A stretch of 64,000 nt of DNA from an uncultured Gammaproteobacteria bacterium (lineage in GTDB: Bacteria > Patescibacteriota > Patescibacteriia > Magasanikbacterales > GWA2-37-8), in the NCBI GenBank assembly GCA_964465205.1, contig CAYXJO010000008.1, positions 2,164 through 66,163 on the forward strand. The letters run 5' to 3'. Within the stretch, counting starts at the first letter, position 1. Each line of letters starts with the position of its first letter. Of the stretch, positions 41,909-50,896 are shown in pieces. Under the pieces are notes generated by a model. The model saw only the letters and a program-made list of their open reading frames with translations. It was not told the DNA's origin and made no database searches. The position numbers were made by a program, and so were the translations under genes.

Positions 41909-42171
41909 GTTTGTATAGACTAGTGTATACAAACTTTATTTAGCTGAGCTTTGCGGAAAAAGTGTGTATGATATGTGGAAAACCCATATATTTTGATCAT
42001 AGTTATCCACATTAAATGTAGTTTATCCCCAGAGTTATCCACAGTTTGTATAGACTAGTGTATACAAACTTATGCACAATTGAGAATTTTATCTCGTTTT
42101 GTAGAGATATAAGCCAAAAATCAGAGAGTGTGTGCTGATAATATGCAGGAATCTCGATTACTTGTGGATAA
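41908..42171. promoter_or_regulatory. DnaA-box cluster with two identical 28-bp palindromes
   Basis: AGTTTGTATAGACTAGTGTATACAAACT at 41908-41935 and 42043-42070; boxes at 41974, 42003, 42023 (1 mismatch), 42035, 42070 and 42163. Confidence 0.8.
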
Positions 42172-42178
42172 GTTGCAC

Positions 42179-42207
42179 TTGACAATACACCTATTTAGGT
42201 GCATAGT
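42179..42207 (+). promoter_or_regulatory. Promoter with a palindromic operator in its spacer
   Basis: TTGACA 42179, CACCTA-TT-TAGGTG 42188-42201, CATAGT 42202. Confidence 0.55.
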
Positions 42208-42239
42208 ACATATATCAGACTTAATAAGTATGTAGCAAT

Positions 42240-42443
42240 ATGGCTAAGTTAAGCCAAAAAGAGCCGATAGAACGGGTCACAATTAAGTTGCCAAAATCGA
42301 TTGCGGACTATTTTCGCAAGGCTTTTCCGCACGGAAAACGTAGTGATTTTGTGGCGGATTGTATTAATCGTTACCGCAAAGAGCAGGTGACTAGTGCTAT
42401 TGAAGACGAATTTCGCGATATTAGTAAAAAGCATTTTAACTAA
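42240..42443 (+). CDS. Ribbon-helix-helix (CopG/MazE-like) protein
   Basis: RVTIKLP...KRSDFVADCI. Confidence 0.7.
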   Translation: MAKLSQKEPIERVTIKLPKSIADYFRKAFPHGKRSDFVADCINRYRKEQVTSAIEDEFRDISKKHFN

Positions 42444-42453
42444 TTATAAACAT

Positions 42454-42732
42454 ATGATCGTCACCGACAAACCTATTAATTCGGTGTTCGACGACCTTTT
42501 TGCCGAGGACCAGGTATTTGTGGCCAAAGTACGAGGTGCCCTAGATAAAGACCAGAGATTGTTAGAAAAAGTCTGTCAATTTGTAGTGGAAAAAATCGGA
42601 CATGAAAATGTGGTGAATTTTGGGCAATTGGCATCCAATTTGAAAATGCATGCCTGCCTAGATTACTTAGCGATTGGTATTGTGTCTGGTAAAATCGGCA
42701 AAAGCGATATCCTGAAAATGATCAAGGTGTAA
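42454..42732 (+). CDS. Small hypothetical protein
   Basis: In operon between the RHH and PemK-like genes; in-frame ATG at 42454. Confidence 0.55.
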   Translation: MIVTDKPINSVFDDLFAEDQVFVAKVRGALDKDQRLLEKVCQFVVEKIGHENVVNFGQLASNLKMHACLDYLAIGIVSGKIGKSDILKMIKV

Positions 42733-42736
42733 CTAT

Positions 42737-43105
42737 ATGGATTTTGAACTTGATAAAATGTATTGTGGTGCTGTACGTCGCGGGGATGTGTTTTTTTGGG
42801 AAGATGAAAAAGGTGAAGAGAAGGCCGGTTTGGTGCTACAAGACGATATTTTAAACGAACGATTACCTAGTGTGTTGTTGGCTGGACTCGAGCCACACGA
42901 TAAAGGCGAAAGAATTTTTAAAAATGAAGTGTTACTCAAAAGTAACGAAACCGGACTGGGAGTAGACGCGGTATGCAAGCTTTATAAAATTTATACAGTG
43001 GATAGACGCAAGATCGTGGCGAAAAAGGGTGAGTTGGTCAAGGAGAATTTATTGAAGGTTCTACAAGCGTTGGATTTGAACTTGGGACGGTTTCGAGACG
43101 AATAG
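42737..43105 (+). CDS. PemK/MazF-like protein
   Basis: RRGDVF...LVLQDDILN...ETGL...IYTVDRRKI..K.G. Confidence 0.75.
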   Translation: MDFELDKMYCGAVRRGDVFFWEDEKGEEKAGLVLQDDILNERLPSVLLAGLEPHDKGERIFKNEVLLKSNETGLGVDAVCKLYKIYTVDRRKIVAKKGELVKENLLKVLQALDLNLGRFRDE

Positions 43106-43265
43106 TGTAATAAATTGGTTTACGCGAGGTGTAGAAAGAGAACTCGGGTGAGCTCAATTGAATATTTTGAGTGTTGCTATTTGTGAGTTAAATTAACGAA
43201 TAGATAGGAACAAAGGTACTTTGACATGTATACAAAAACGTTACGTTTTGGAAAAGGAGAATACC

Positions 43266-44345
43266 ATGCTAGGACCAACAGTTCAAAAAGTTGCGACGGT
43301 GGATGAAGTGACTGGCGTCGCGAAGATTCCGCGGGTCAAGAAAAAAGGAAAAAGTATGAGCAAGAGGATTGTCCTCTGGCTCAGAATTGCGTGGTTCGCA
43401 GTGCTGTATCTGGCGTGGCCGCTGTTCAAACGGTGGTTGTCGCCGGCGGCAGTGTTCTTTGTTTATCCGGGGAAGCCCTCGGACAAATACGCCTTCTTCA
43501 CTCCATGGATGGAGAAGCGCTTTCGCCCAGTGTTCCCACTGGGTGTCATGCGCCTGCCCGGCGGTCGCTTGGGTTTGATGATCGCCAAGCCGATCACAAC
43601 CGCGGAAATGGACCTGGATCCATCGTTAGCATTGCAAACGATGGAACAGATCCAAGCCGAGGTGCCGAAGGCCAAGGCGGTGGCATTGGCGGGCCGGTTC
43701 CCTGGTTACGTGCACAAGGCGGGGGGCAGCTTTCCACAACCTTTCGTGCCCGGAATTAATGGAACCGTGTTTGCCATGGTCAGTGCCGCGGACGCGTTGG
43801 CTCAAAAAGCCGGACGCCCGGCTTCGGAGTTGGCCATCGCGGTGCTCGGTGGAGCCGGCACTGTTGGTAGTAAGGTGGTCGAATCAACCAGCCACGCCTT
43901 CAAGAGTGTGGTGGCGTTCGACATCCGCTACGCGGAGGAGAGCACGAAAGGCAATGTGGTATTCAGTAGCGCGCCGCAACGCTTGCGTGATGCCGACGTG
44001 GCCATTGTACTCACCGCCGAAGGTGACCAAGTCGCCGAGCTGGCCCCGTATTTTCGGGCTGGCGCTATCGTCGCGGATGATACCCATCCGTGTATGTATA
44101 GCGAAACACGCCGACTGTTGACGGCACGCGGGGTGGATCTCTATAAGGTTGCCATGGAAGGCGACCTGAGGATGTTCCCGCGATTGCCGAACTTCAACGC
44201 GACCGATGTCCCCGGGTGTCTCCTGGAGGCAGTAACTGTTGCGTTGCGAGGGTGGGAGGTGATTGAGGACCAGGAGGAATTCAATCGCGCCGCTACCGCC
44301 GTTGGCTTCAAGCCGCGGCTGTATCGCCACCCCGACGAGAACTGA
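43266..44345 (+). CDS. NAD(P)-binding oxidoreductase resembling the acyl-ACP reductase/COG5322 family
   Basis: IAVLGGAGTVGS Rossmann motif, GCLLEA, C-terminal GFKP; GGAG SD before ATG 43266; visibly GC-rich. Confidence 0.55.
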   Translation: MLGPTVQKVATVDEVTGVAKIPRVKKKGKSMSKRIVLWLRIAWFAVLYLAWPLFKRWLSPAAVFFVYPGKPSDKYAFFTPWMEKRFRPVFPLGVMRLPGGRLGLMIAKPITTAEMDLDPSLALQTMEQIQAEVPKAKAVALAGRFPGYVHKAGGSFPQPFVPGINGTVFAMVSAADALAQKAGRPASELAIAVLGGAGTVGSKVVESTSHAFKSVVAFDIRYAEESTKGNVVFSSAPQRLRDADVAIVLTAEGDQVAELAPYFRAGAIVADDTHPCMYSETRRLLTARGVDLYKVAMEGDLRMFPRLPNFNATDVPGCLLEAVTVALRGWEVIEDQEEFNRAATAVGFKPRLYRHPDEN

Positions 44346-44461
44346 GGACTAACTCGTCGACCGTTCTTTCTTACTTAGAGGGCTACCCGTTGGGAGCCCT
44401 CGTTTTTTTTATTTATAAAAAATCAAAAATGTGCTATGATAATATCTGTATATCAGAATCT

Positions 44462-46096
44462 ATGATATTATTGGATTTTCGTAATGTAGTAGTATTGCTG
44501 TCGTTGGCGGTAAACTTGATCTTGTTGTCCATTATTTATCGCTATGGGCGTAAAACACCGGGAGGCAACGCTTATGCGATTGCAGTTGCTAGTATTGCTG
44601 GCTGGATTTTGCCTATGGTGTTCTATCGTTCAGATTTTTTGAACCAGACTGTTTTGTGGGTGCGTGTTTTGTATATAATGGCGTCGTTTACCTCAACGAC
44701 ATTTTTTTATTTTACTTTAGTTTTTCCCGAAGGGAACAAAATACCTTGGTGGGTACACTTATTTATTGCTATTGAAAATTTGGCGATAGTTGGTTTGTGT
44801 ATTCATCCCGACTGGTTTATTCGAGGCGTTGAATGGGTGGTAAATGATGAAAAAATTATTTTGTGGGGGCCGCTGTATATTGTATACGCGATGCATGTGA
44901 GTTTGTTTTTTTTGGCCGGGTTTGTTGTGCTGTGGTTGAAGATAAATAAACAGCAAACCAAAGAAACAAAGAAACAAATCAAAATGATTTTGTTGGGGTA
45001 CTTTATCGGCGCCAATTTAGCTATGGTCACCAATTTAACTTTGCCTTGGCTCGGTTATTTCAAACTGAATTGGGCGGGGCAGGTGTGCTCTACCGCCCTG
45101 GCAGTATTCTCCACTTATGCGATTTTTAAATATCGTTTGTTGAATATTCGTTTAATCTTGACCGAGAGTTTTGTTTTGGTACTCAACCTGGTATTGTTTG
45201 GACAGTTTTTGTTATCTGGTTCGGTCGGCGTGTTCATCGCTAACGGTTTGATATTGGCCGCTGTCATGATAATCTCTTATGGTTTGATAAAAAGTAGTTA
45301 TAATGAAATATTGCGCAGAGAAGAGCTGGCAGAATTGGCTCATAATTTGGAACGCGCTAATCTACGTTTGCAAGAATTGGATCGCCAAAAAACAGAATTT
45401 TTGTCGATTGCAGCTCACCAACTACGCACACCGCTATCTATTTTGAAAGGCTTCATTGAATTGATCAAAGATGGCGCGTATGGAAAGCCGACCAAAGGCA
45501 TTACCGATTCATTGAATAACATGAATGAGAGTAACGAACATCTTATTAAATTAGTCGATGATTTTCTGGATATTTCACGTATTGAGCAGGGGCGTACTAA
45601 GTATGTGTTTGAGTCCACTGATTTGAATGCTATTATATCTGAGGCGGTACGTGAACTTGCTCCCAAAGCAACTGACAAAAAAATGAAAATAGATTATCGT
45701 AAACACAGAGGGCCATTATTGGTAGTGTTGGATAAAGAAAAAGTTTATAATGTAGTTTATAACTTCGTTGACAATGCTATAAAATATAGCGATATTGGCG
45801 CGATTGTGGTTGATGTAAAATTAGAAGATAGTGGTGTGGCTGTCCGAGTCAGCGACACCGGTGTTGGTTTTGGTAGAGAAGATGAGGCTAATTTCTTCCA
45901 GAAATTCTATCGCGGGAAAAATGTAATTGGCACAAACGTCACCGGTACTGGTTTGGGTCTGTATGTTTGTCGTCGTTTTATTGAAGCACATGGCGGCAAG
46001 GTGTGGGCGCACTCCCCAGGTTTGGGTAAAGGTAGTGAGTTTGGGTTTTGGATACCACTGTCAAATGTTGCCAAAAAAGTTTTGGTTGAGCAGTAG
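44462..46096 (+). CDS. Sensor histidine kinase with multi-TM (HisKA-7TM-like) N-terminus
   Basis: AAHQLRTPL, NAIKYS, DTGVG, GTGLGL. Confidence 0.92.
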   Translation: MILLDFRNVVVLLSLAVNLILLSIIYRYGRKTPGGNAYAIAVASIAGWILPMVFYRSDFLNQTVLWVRVLYIMASFTSTTFFYFTLVFPEGNKIPWWVHLFIAIENLAIVGLCIHPDWFIRGVEWVVNDEKIILWGPLYIVYAMHVSLFFLAGFVVLWLKINKQQTKETKKQIKMILLGYFIGANLAMVTNLTLPWLGYFKLNWAGQVCSTALAVFSTYAIFKYRLLNIRLILTESFVLVLNLVLFGQFLLSGSVGVFIANGLILAAVMIISYGLIKSSYNEILRREELAELAHNLERANLRLQELDRQKTEFLSIAAHQLRTPLSILKGFIELIKDGAYGKPTKGITDSLNNMNESNEHLIKLVDDFLDISRIEQGRTKYVFESTDLNAIISEAVRELAPKATDKKMKIDYRKHRGPLLVVLDKEKVYNVVYNFVDNAIKYSDIGAIVVDVKLEDSGVAVRVSDTGVGFGREDEANFFQKFYRGKNVIGTNVTGTGLGLYVCRRFIEAHGGKVWAHSPGLGKGSEFGFWIPLSNVAKKVLVEQ

Positions 46097-46213
46097 AGCC
46101 GTAATCATTTTTGAGTTTTGAAAAAATCGGGCAACCGATTTTTTAAATAAATGAGATTTTTGGCAATAAAAATAGGCAGCCACATGGTGGCTGCCCGCCC
46201 GAGTGTCGGGGAG

Positions 46214-46693
46214 TTATTGTTTGCCGCGAATGTGCCGCGAAATTGCTGAAGCAAGCTTCGCCAGCTCGGCATCGTCCACTCGCGGACCGTCATGCGAGGA
46301 CAAGTAGCCTTCGTAGGTGGTAAAGAACTTTGTGTCCTCAAACAGGATAGGCTTCCACTCGCACATGTTGCCGGTGCCGTGCATCGGTACCAACTTGGTG
46401 TGCGCGTGGTCGACGCCGAAGCCTTCGACGATCATGCCCGTGCGTCCAACATTCGGAAAGAACGTATCCAGATGATGCGCTACCACTTGGGATGCTCGCA
46501 TCAACTTACGATACTGTTCTTTCGGAAGGTCGAATACATAGGACGTGAAGTGGCTTTTTAGCGCCACCACCGTCACTCCTTGGGTGTTGGGGAAAATGGA
46601 CAGGAACGCGATGCAGTCCTCGTCTTCCCAGATGATGTGGCTCGGAATTTCTCCCGCCACGATTTTGCAGAATACGCACTCGCACTTTTCCAT
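46214..46693 (-). CDS. HIT-family hydrolase, HxHxK (MccH-like) variant
   Basis: CVFCKIVAGEIP, FPNTQG, DHAHTKLVP. Confidence 0.85.
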   Translation of the reverse strand: MEKCECVFCKIVAGEIPSHIIWEDEDCIAFLSIFPNTQGVTVVALKSHFTSYVFDLPKEQYRKLMRASQVVAHHLDTFFPNVGRTGMIVEGFGVDHAHTKLVPMHGTGNMCEWKPILFEDTKFFTTYEGYLSSHDGPRVDDAELAKLASAISRHIRGKQ

Positions 46694-46886
46694 TGTTTGC
46701 TCCTTATGTCAGGTGGTTCGGGTAGCTGTTGAGAAATAGCAATATATTAGTATACCAAATAATGACTTGTCTGTCAATAGTTTTTTGTTCTTGTTAGATT
46801 GAGATTTTTATAATGAGATTGTTTGATAATATTAAAAGAACCCAACCACTGGTGTGGTTGGGTTGGTTGAGCGGTGTCTCATGATG

Positions 46887-47921
46887 TTAGAACTTGTAGA
46901 AACCTTCCGCGTTGGAGCAGAAGATTCTTTCTTTGGCCTCTGCTTGATGGCGAATTGGCAATCGTTCGACAGCTTGCCTAATGGCCGTGAGGGCTTCCCA
47001 ATGCGAGTGTGTCGCTTTGGCCGCCAAGTGTCGGTACTGCCTGTGTTCTGCTGGGTCGGCCCAGTGGTAAGGAATGGCTGTGACAAGTCGTTCGCCCAGT
47101 TTTGGGTGAACATACGATGCCCAACGCACCAGGTGGAATGGTTGGTCGGAGCCAAACATGAGTCGAGTGGTGCCGACCGTATTGAGTGCAAGAGTGACAA
47201 TTTCCGGATCCGGCACCAAGGCGGTGTCGAAGTTGATCTGGTGCAAGCGAGCGAGAACTTGCATCGCCTCTTTGAGTCCAGGTATTACGCGATCTGTGAG
47301 GCTGATGTGAGCCAGGCAGATACGTAATTTGGGGAAATCCCGCACCAATTGCCGTATTTGGTCAAGGCATTGGACGATGTCGGTAGGTGGATGTAGGACA
47401 ATAGGTATGTCCAGATCTTGTGCCGCCTCCAGTATCACAGGAGTGAAGTACTGATAGATATGTGTGGCCGGCGGGTTGAGGTGAAAGTAGTACATTTTCA
47501 GAGCTGACACGCGTGGGTGGTGTAACAGAGCTGTTGTATAGTCTGGATTTTCGGGTATTCCATAGAGCGCTACCCGATCTCGAGCCGGACTGTGTTTGAG
47601 CAAATAGTCGTTCGCGGCTTTTTGATCAAGACCGCGCCATACCCCAGAAAAACGCAAAGTGCGAATTGTCTTGGTGGGGTGGAATAGCCGTTGCCAGTCG
47701 CAGGATTCTTCAATGCTGAAACTGGGAAAGGTGGAGATAATATGGTCGTATGATTCTTGGTCCATCTGTCCGGCGTGTTCTGGTAGGCACGAGTGCGCGT
47801 GGCAGTCAATGATTTGATCGGGAAGCCAGCCTTCGAATTGCTTAATGAATTCTTCTTCTGCTGGCGTCAAACTTCGAGCGTGTTTTAGGTAGTCAACTCG
47901 CGGGATTGGTTGGATAGTCAT
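46887..47921 (-). CDS. Amidohydrolase-family (TIM barrel) metallohydrolase
   Basis: IIDCHAH, LKMY, IVLH, CLAH, FDTA, MFGSD; GGAGG SD supports a start at 47921. Confidence 0.85.
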   Translation of the reverse strand: MTIQPIPRVDYLKHARSLTPAEEEFIKQFEGWLPDQIIDCHAHSCLPEHAGQMDQESYDHIISTFPSFSIEESCDWQRLFHPTKTIRTLRFSGVWRGLDQKAANDYLLKHSPARDRVALYGIPENPDYTTALLHHPRVSALKMYYFHLNPPATHIYQYFTPVILEAAQDLDIPIVLHPPTDIVQCLDQIRQLVRDFPKLRICLAHISLTDRVIPGLKEAMQVLARLHQINFDTALVPDPEIVTLALNTVGTTRLMFGSDQPFHLVRWASYVHPKLGERLVTAIPYHWADPAEHRQYRHLAAKATHSHWEALTAIRQAVERLPIRHQAEAKERIFCSNAEGFYKF

Positions 47922-48030
47922 GTGGCCTCCGACGGTTGGGTGGTTTTGTGAATGAGCGGTTAATTGTGGTATGGCAATTATATTGATACTAAAACACAAA
48001 TTGGTTGGTTTGTAAATACTTCCTAAAATA

Positions 48031-48059
48031 AAAAGGCACAGCGTTTGGAACGCTGTGCC
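48031..48059 (-). terminator. Terminator after the LysRS gene
   Basis: GGCACAGCGTT-tgg-AACGCTGTGCC with a T-tract on the minus strand. Confidence 0.7.
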
Positions 48060-48085
48060 AGAGTAACTGTTGGCGCTGATTTGAA

Positions 48086-49495
48086 CTAGCGCATCAACGG
48101 AAAGAGGATGACGTCGGTCAGGTTGCGCTGATTGGTGAGGATGGCCGTGAAACGGTCGATGCCGATTCCGGCGCCGGACACTGGCGGCATGCCGTATTCG
48201 AGCGAAGCCAAGAAGTCGGTATCGAGGAACATGGCTTCGTCGTCGCCGGTGCCACGCAATGCGGATTGTTCTTCGAGTAAACGCCGTTGCAGACCGGGAT
48301 CGCCGAGCTCGGAATAAGCCTTGGCCATTTCCCATCCGTTCACCAGCACTTGGAAGGCGTCGATGACGCGCGGGTCTTGATCGTTGGGACGGGCGAGTGG
48401 GATTAGCACCGCCGGGTGGTGGAGCAGGAAGGTGGGTTGCACCAACTTGGGGCGCGACACCTTCTTGTACAGCTTGTCGATGAGGTTGCCCAAGGAAATG
48501 CCGGTGGGGATTTCTCCCAGATCGATCTGGTGTTCACGGATGATTTGCAGTAGGTCTTCGACCCGGTCGTAAGCCAGCACGTCGATACCGGAATCTTCCA
48601 ATACCAGGTCGCGGTATTCCACTTCGCGCCACTCGGCGCCGAAGTCCATATCCGTGCCCTGGTAACTGATTTGCAGTGTCCCCAAAACTTCCATCATCAC
48701 GGACCGCATGAGTTCTTGAATGAAGCTCATGTTGTCGCGATAGTTCCAGTACGACGCGTACCATTCGAGCATAGTGAACTCTTGCAAGTGAGAGGCGTCG
48801 ATCCCCTCGTTGCGGAAGTTCTTGCCGATCTCGTACACACGATCCATCCCTCCGACGATGAGTTGCTTCAGGAACGTTTCGGGAGAGATGCGCATGTACA
48901 GGTCGATGTTCTTGGCATCGTGGTGGGTCACGAAAGGATTGGCCGAAGCGCCGCAGGGGTTCTTTTGGAAAATGGGAGTTTCCACTTCCATGAACCGGTT
49001 CTGCTCCAGATGGCGCCGTATCGAAGAGATGGTCTTCGAGCGGGTGTGGAAAATGCGCCTCGCCTCTTCGTTGGCGATGAGGTCAAGGTAGCGTTGGCGG
49101 TAGCGAGTCTCCAGGTCGCTCAAGCCGTGCCACTTTTCCGGCAGGGGCATTTGAGCGGGGGTGAGCAGCTCGACTTGGTCGCACAGAATGGTCATTTCGC
49201 CGCGACGGGTACGGAAGACGTGGCCGGTGGTGCCGACGATGTCGCCCACCTTGACCTCCTTGGTCAGATTGGTGTAGCCGTCTTCGCCCAGATGGGCGGT
49301 GTCTCCAAAACACTGAATCTTGCCATCGCTGTCGGCAATGACAAAGAACGTAGCCTTGCCCATGATACGCATGGCCATCACGCGACCAGGGACAGAGACG
49401 GTGGTGTTTTCAGCCAGCAACATATCAAAGTTGCTGACCACTTCATGAGGCTGGTGGGTTCGCCGAAACGAATCTCGGAAAGTAGCGTTTGCCAT
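48086..49495 (-). CDS. lysS: Class II lysyl-tRNA synthetase (short N-terminus)
   Basis: OB-fold, RYRQRYLDL, FMEVETP, RISPE, FRNEG, EFTMLEWY, YGMPP..G.GIGIDR. Confidence 0.9.
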   Translation of the reverse strand: MANATFRDSFRRTHQPHEVVSNFDMLLAENTTVSVPGRVMAMRIMGKATFFVIADSDGKIQCFGDTAHLGEDGYTNLTKEVKVGDIVGTTGHVFRTRRGEMTILCDQVELLTPAQMPLPEKWHGLSDLETRYRQRYLDLIANEEARRIFHTRSKTISSIRRHLEQNRFMEVETPIFQKNPCGASANPFVTHHDAKNIDLYMRISPETFLKQLIVGGMDRVYEIGKNFRNEGIDASHLQEFTMLEWYASYWNYRDNMSFIQELMRSVMMEVLGTLQISYQGTDMDFGAEWREVEYRDLVLEDSGIDVLAYDRVEDLLQIIREHQIDLGEIPTGISLGNLIDKLYKKVSRPKLVQPTFLLHHPAVLIPLARPNDQDPRVIDAFQVLVNGWEMAKAYSELGDPGLQRRLLEEQSALRGTGDDEAMFLDTDFLASLEYGMPPVSGAGIGIDRFTAILTNQRNLTDVILFPLMR

Positions 49496-49506
49496 TGTCA
49501 GTTCTC

Positions 49507-50823
49507 CTATTGAATGGGGTAGAGGATCGTTTCTTTGATGTTGTAAGGCAGATTGCCCAACATCAACATAAGCAGTCGATTGACACCGAGGCCAATACTG
49601 GCGGTCGGTGGCATGCCCAACTCAAGCACCCGTAGGTAATCCTTGTTGAGCGTATTGCCGGTTTCAGTTGCCTGTTGTGCCAGAGCGGACGAGATTTTTT
49701 CCGGATCATTCTCATCGGTGTAAATGTCGGCCAGGAAACAGCCTTGACTGATCAAGAACGAACGTTCGCTGGTGCCGTCCGGATTGTTGTGCACAAACGG
49801 CGACATGCCCGTTGGCAACTTGGTGAGAAAGGTAGGTACGACGATGTGTGGTACGATCAGTTGTTCGACCACTTTCATGAGCCAGGTGAACCTGGTCATT
49901 TGGTGATTGAACGCTTGTGGGAAACGCTCGGTAAGAGCTTCTCGGTTGCAGGTCTGATAGTCTCCCACCCATCGGTCGAACGCTTCTTGGAAAGGCAAGC
50001 GCACAAACGGCGTTTGGTACGAGACCGCTTGGGATTCAGTGCTGTTGTCAGTTTGAAGCATTAGGGTCTTATCGCCCTGACAATCCTGTACCACTGTTGC
50101 CACTATCTCTTCGAGCAGGTTTTCCATGTCAGTGCAACGCGCCTCTGCGGCGTAAGCCTCGAGCATGGTAAACTCAGGTGAGTGAATGTGGTCGATACCC
50201 TCGTTGCGGAATGATTGACCGACTTCAAACACTCGTTCGAATCCACCGGCGATCAAGCGTTTGAGCTTGAGCTCGCTGGTGAGGCTGAGGTGCATTTGTT
50301 TGCCGGTCGCCCGACAGTGCGTAGAGAATGCAGCGGCTTGCCCGGCTTCGAATGTCTCTTGTAGGACGCCGGTTGGGAACTCTCTGAAGCTGTGGGCATG
50401 GAGAGTTTTTCGCATGGCGTGTAAAGTTGTTGATATCTTTTTGACAAACAAGAACACGTCCTCATCTGTCATGAGATATTCAACACGATTGCGGTAGCGT
50501 AAAGCGCTACTCAATCCATGGTGTTTGTCCGGCATCGTGCCGGTGTAGATGAACATCGGCTCAGCATTGGTTACTTGTAAGGTGGGCATGCCAGTACGCG
50601 TCACGATTTTGTGACCGCGTACAGCAATGATGCTACCGAGTGGCAAACCGACCAACTCGGAGTAATTTGGTAACTGGTTGTTGAACATGATTTGAACCTG
50701 ATCCTCTTTGAATCGTGCGCCACAAAAGCAGACTTTGCCAATATGACGCCGACTGAGCAATCGGGCTCTTCCTGTGAACTGGTCGCCATCACGGGCGAGC
50801 GTAAGCAAATCTCCGTTACGCAT
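49507..50823 (-). CDS. Divergent LysRS paralogue
   Basis: OB-fold, FRNEG...HSPEFTMLEAY and LGMPPTASIGLGVNR kept; motif 1 and the ERFEL/GxE region altered; GGAGG SD supports start 50823. Confidence 0.8.
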   Translation of the reverse strand: MRNGDLLTLARDGDQFTGRARLLSRRHIGKVCFCGARFKEDQVQIMFNNQLPNYSELVGLPLGSIIAVRGHKIVTRTGMPTLQVTNAEPMFIYTGTMPDKHHGLSSALRYRNRVEYLMTDEDVFLFVKKISTTLHAMRKTLHAHSFREFPTGVLQETFEAGQAAAFSTHCRATGKQMHLSLTSELKLKRLIAGGFERVFEVGQSFRNEGIDHIHSPEFTMLEAYAAEARCTDMENLLEEIVATVVQDCQGDKTLMLQTDNSTESQAVSYQTPFVRLPFQEAFDRWVGDYQTCNREALTERFPQAFNHQMTRFTWLMKVVEQLIVPHIVVPTFLTKLPTGMSPFVHNNPDGTSERSFLISQGCFLADIYTDENDPEKISSALAQQATETGNTLNKDYLRVLELGMPPTASIGLGVNRLLMLMLGNLPYNIKETILYPIQ

Positions 50824-50896
50824 GACTACCTCCTGGAACGGTTTGGGTTGTTGGTTAGGTTGATTTGTAAAAGGGCCTTTAAATTTCTCCTTCAAA

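Noticed and set aside
41908-41935. dif site
   Set aside because: 28 bp long, but lacks the XerD arm TTATGTTAAAT, occurs three times and lies near the origin
47922-48335. 138-aa N-terminal extension of the amidohydrolase ORF
   Set aside because: Overlaps lysS in another frame and its terminator; SD-supported start at 47921
48671-49513. 280-aa + strand ORF
   Set aside because: Antisense shadow of the GC-rich lysS
49507-50823. EpmA/GenX (PoxA) call
   Set aside because: Has an N-terminal OB-fold, and no efp or epmB is nearby
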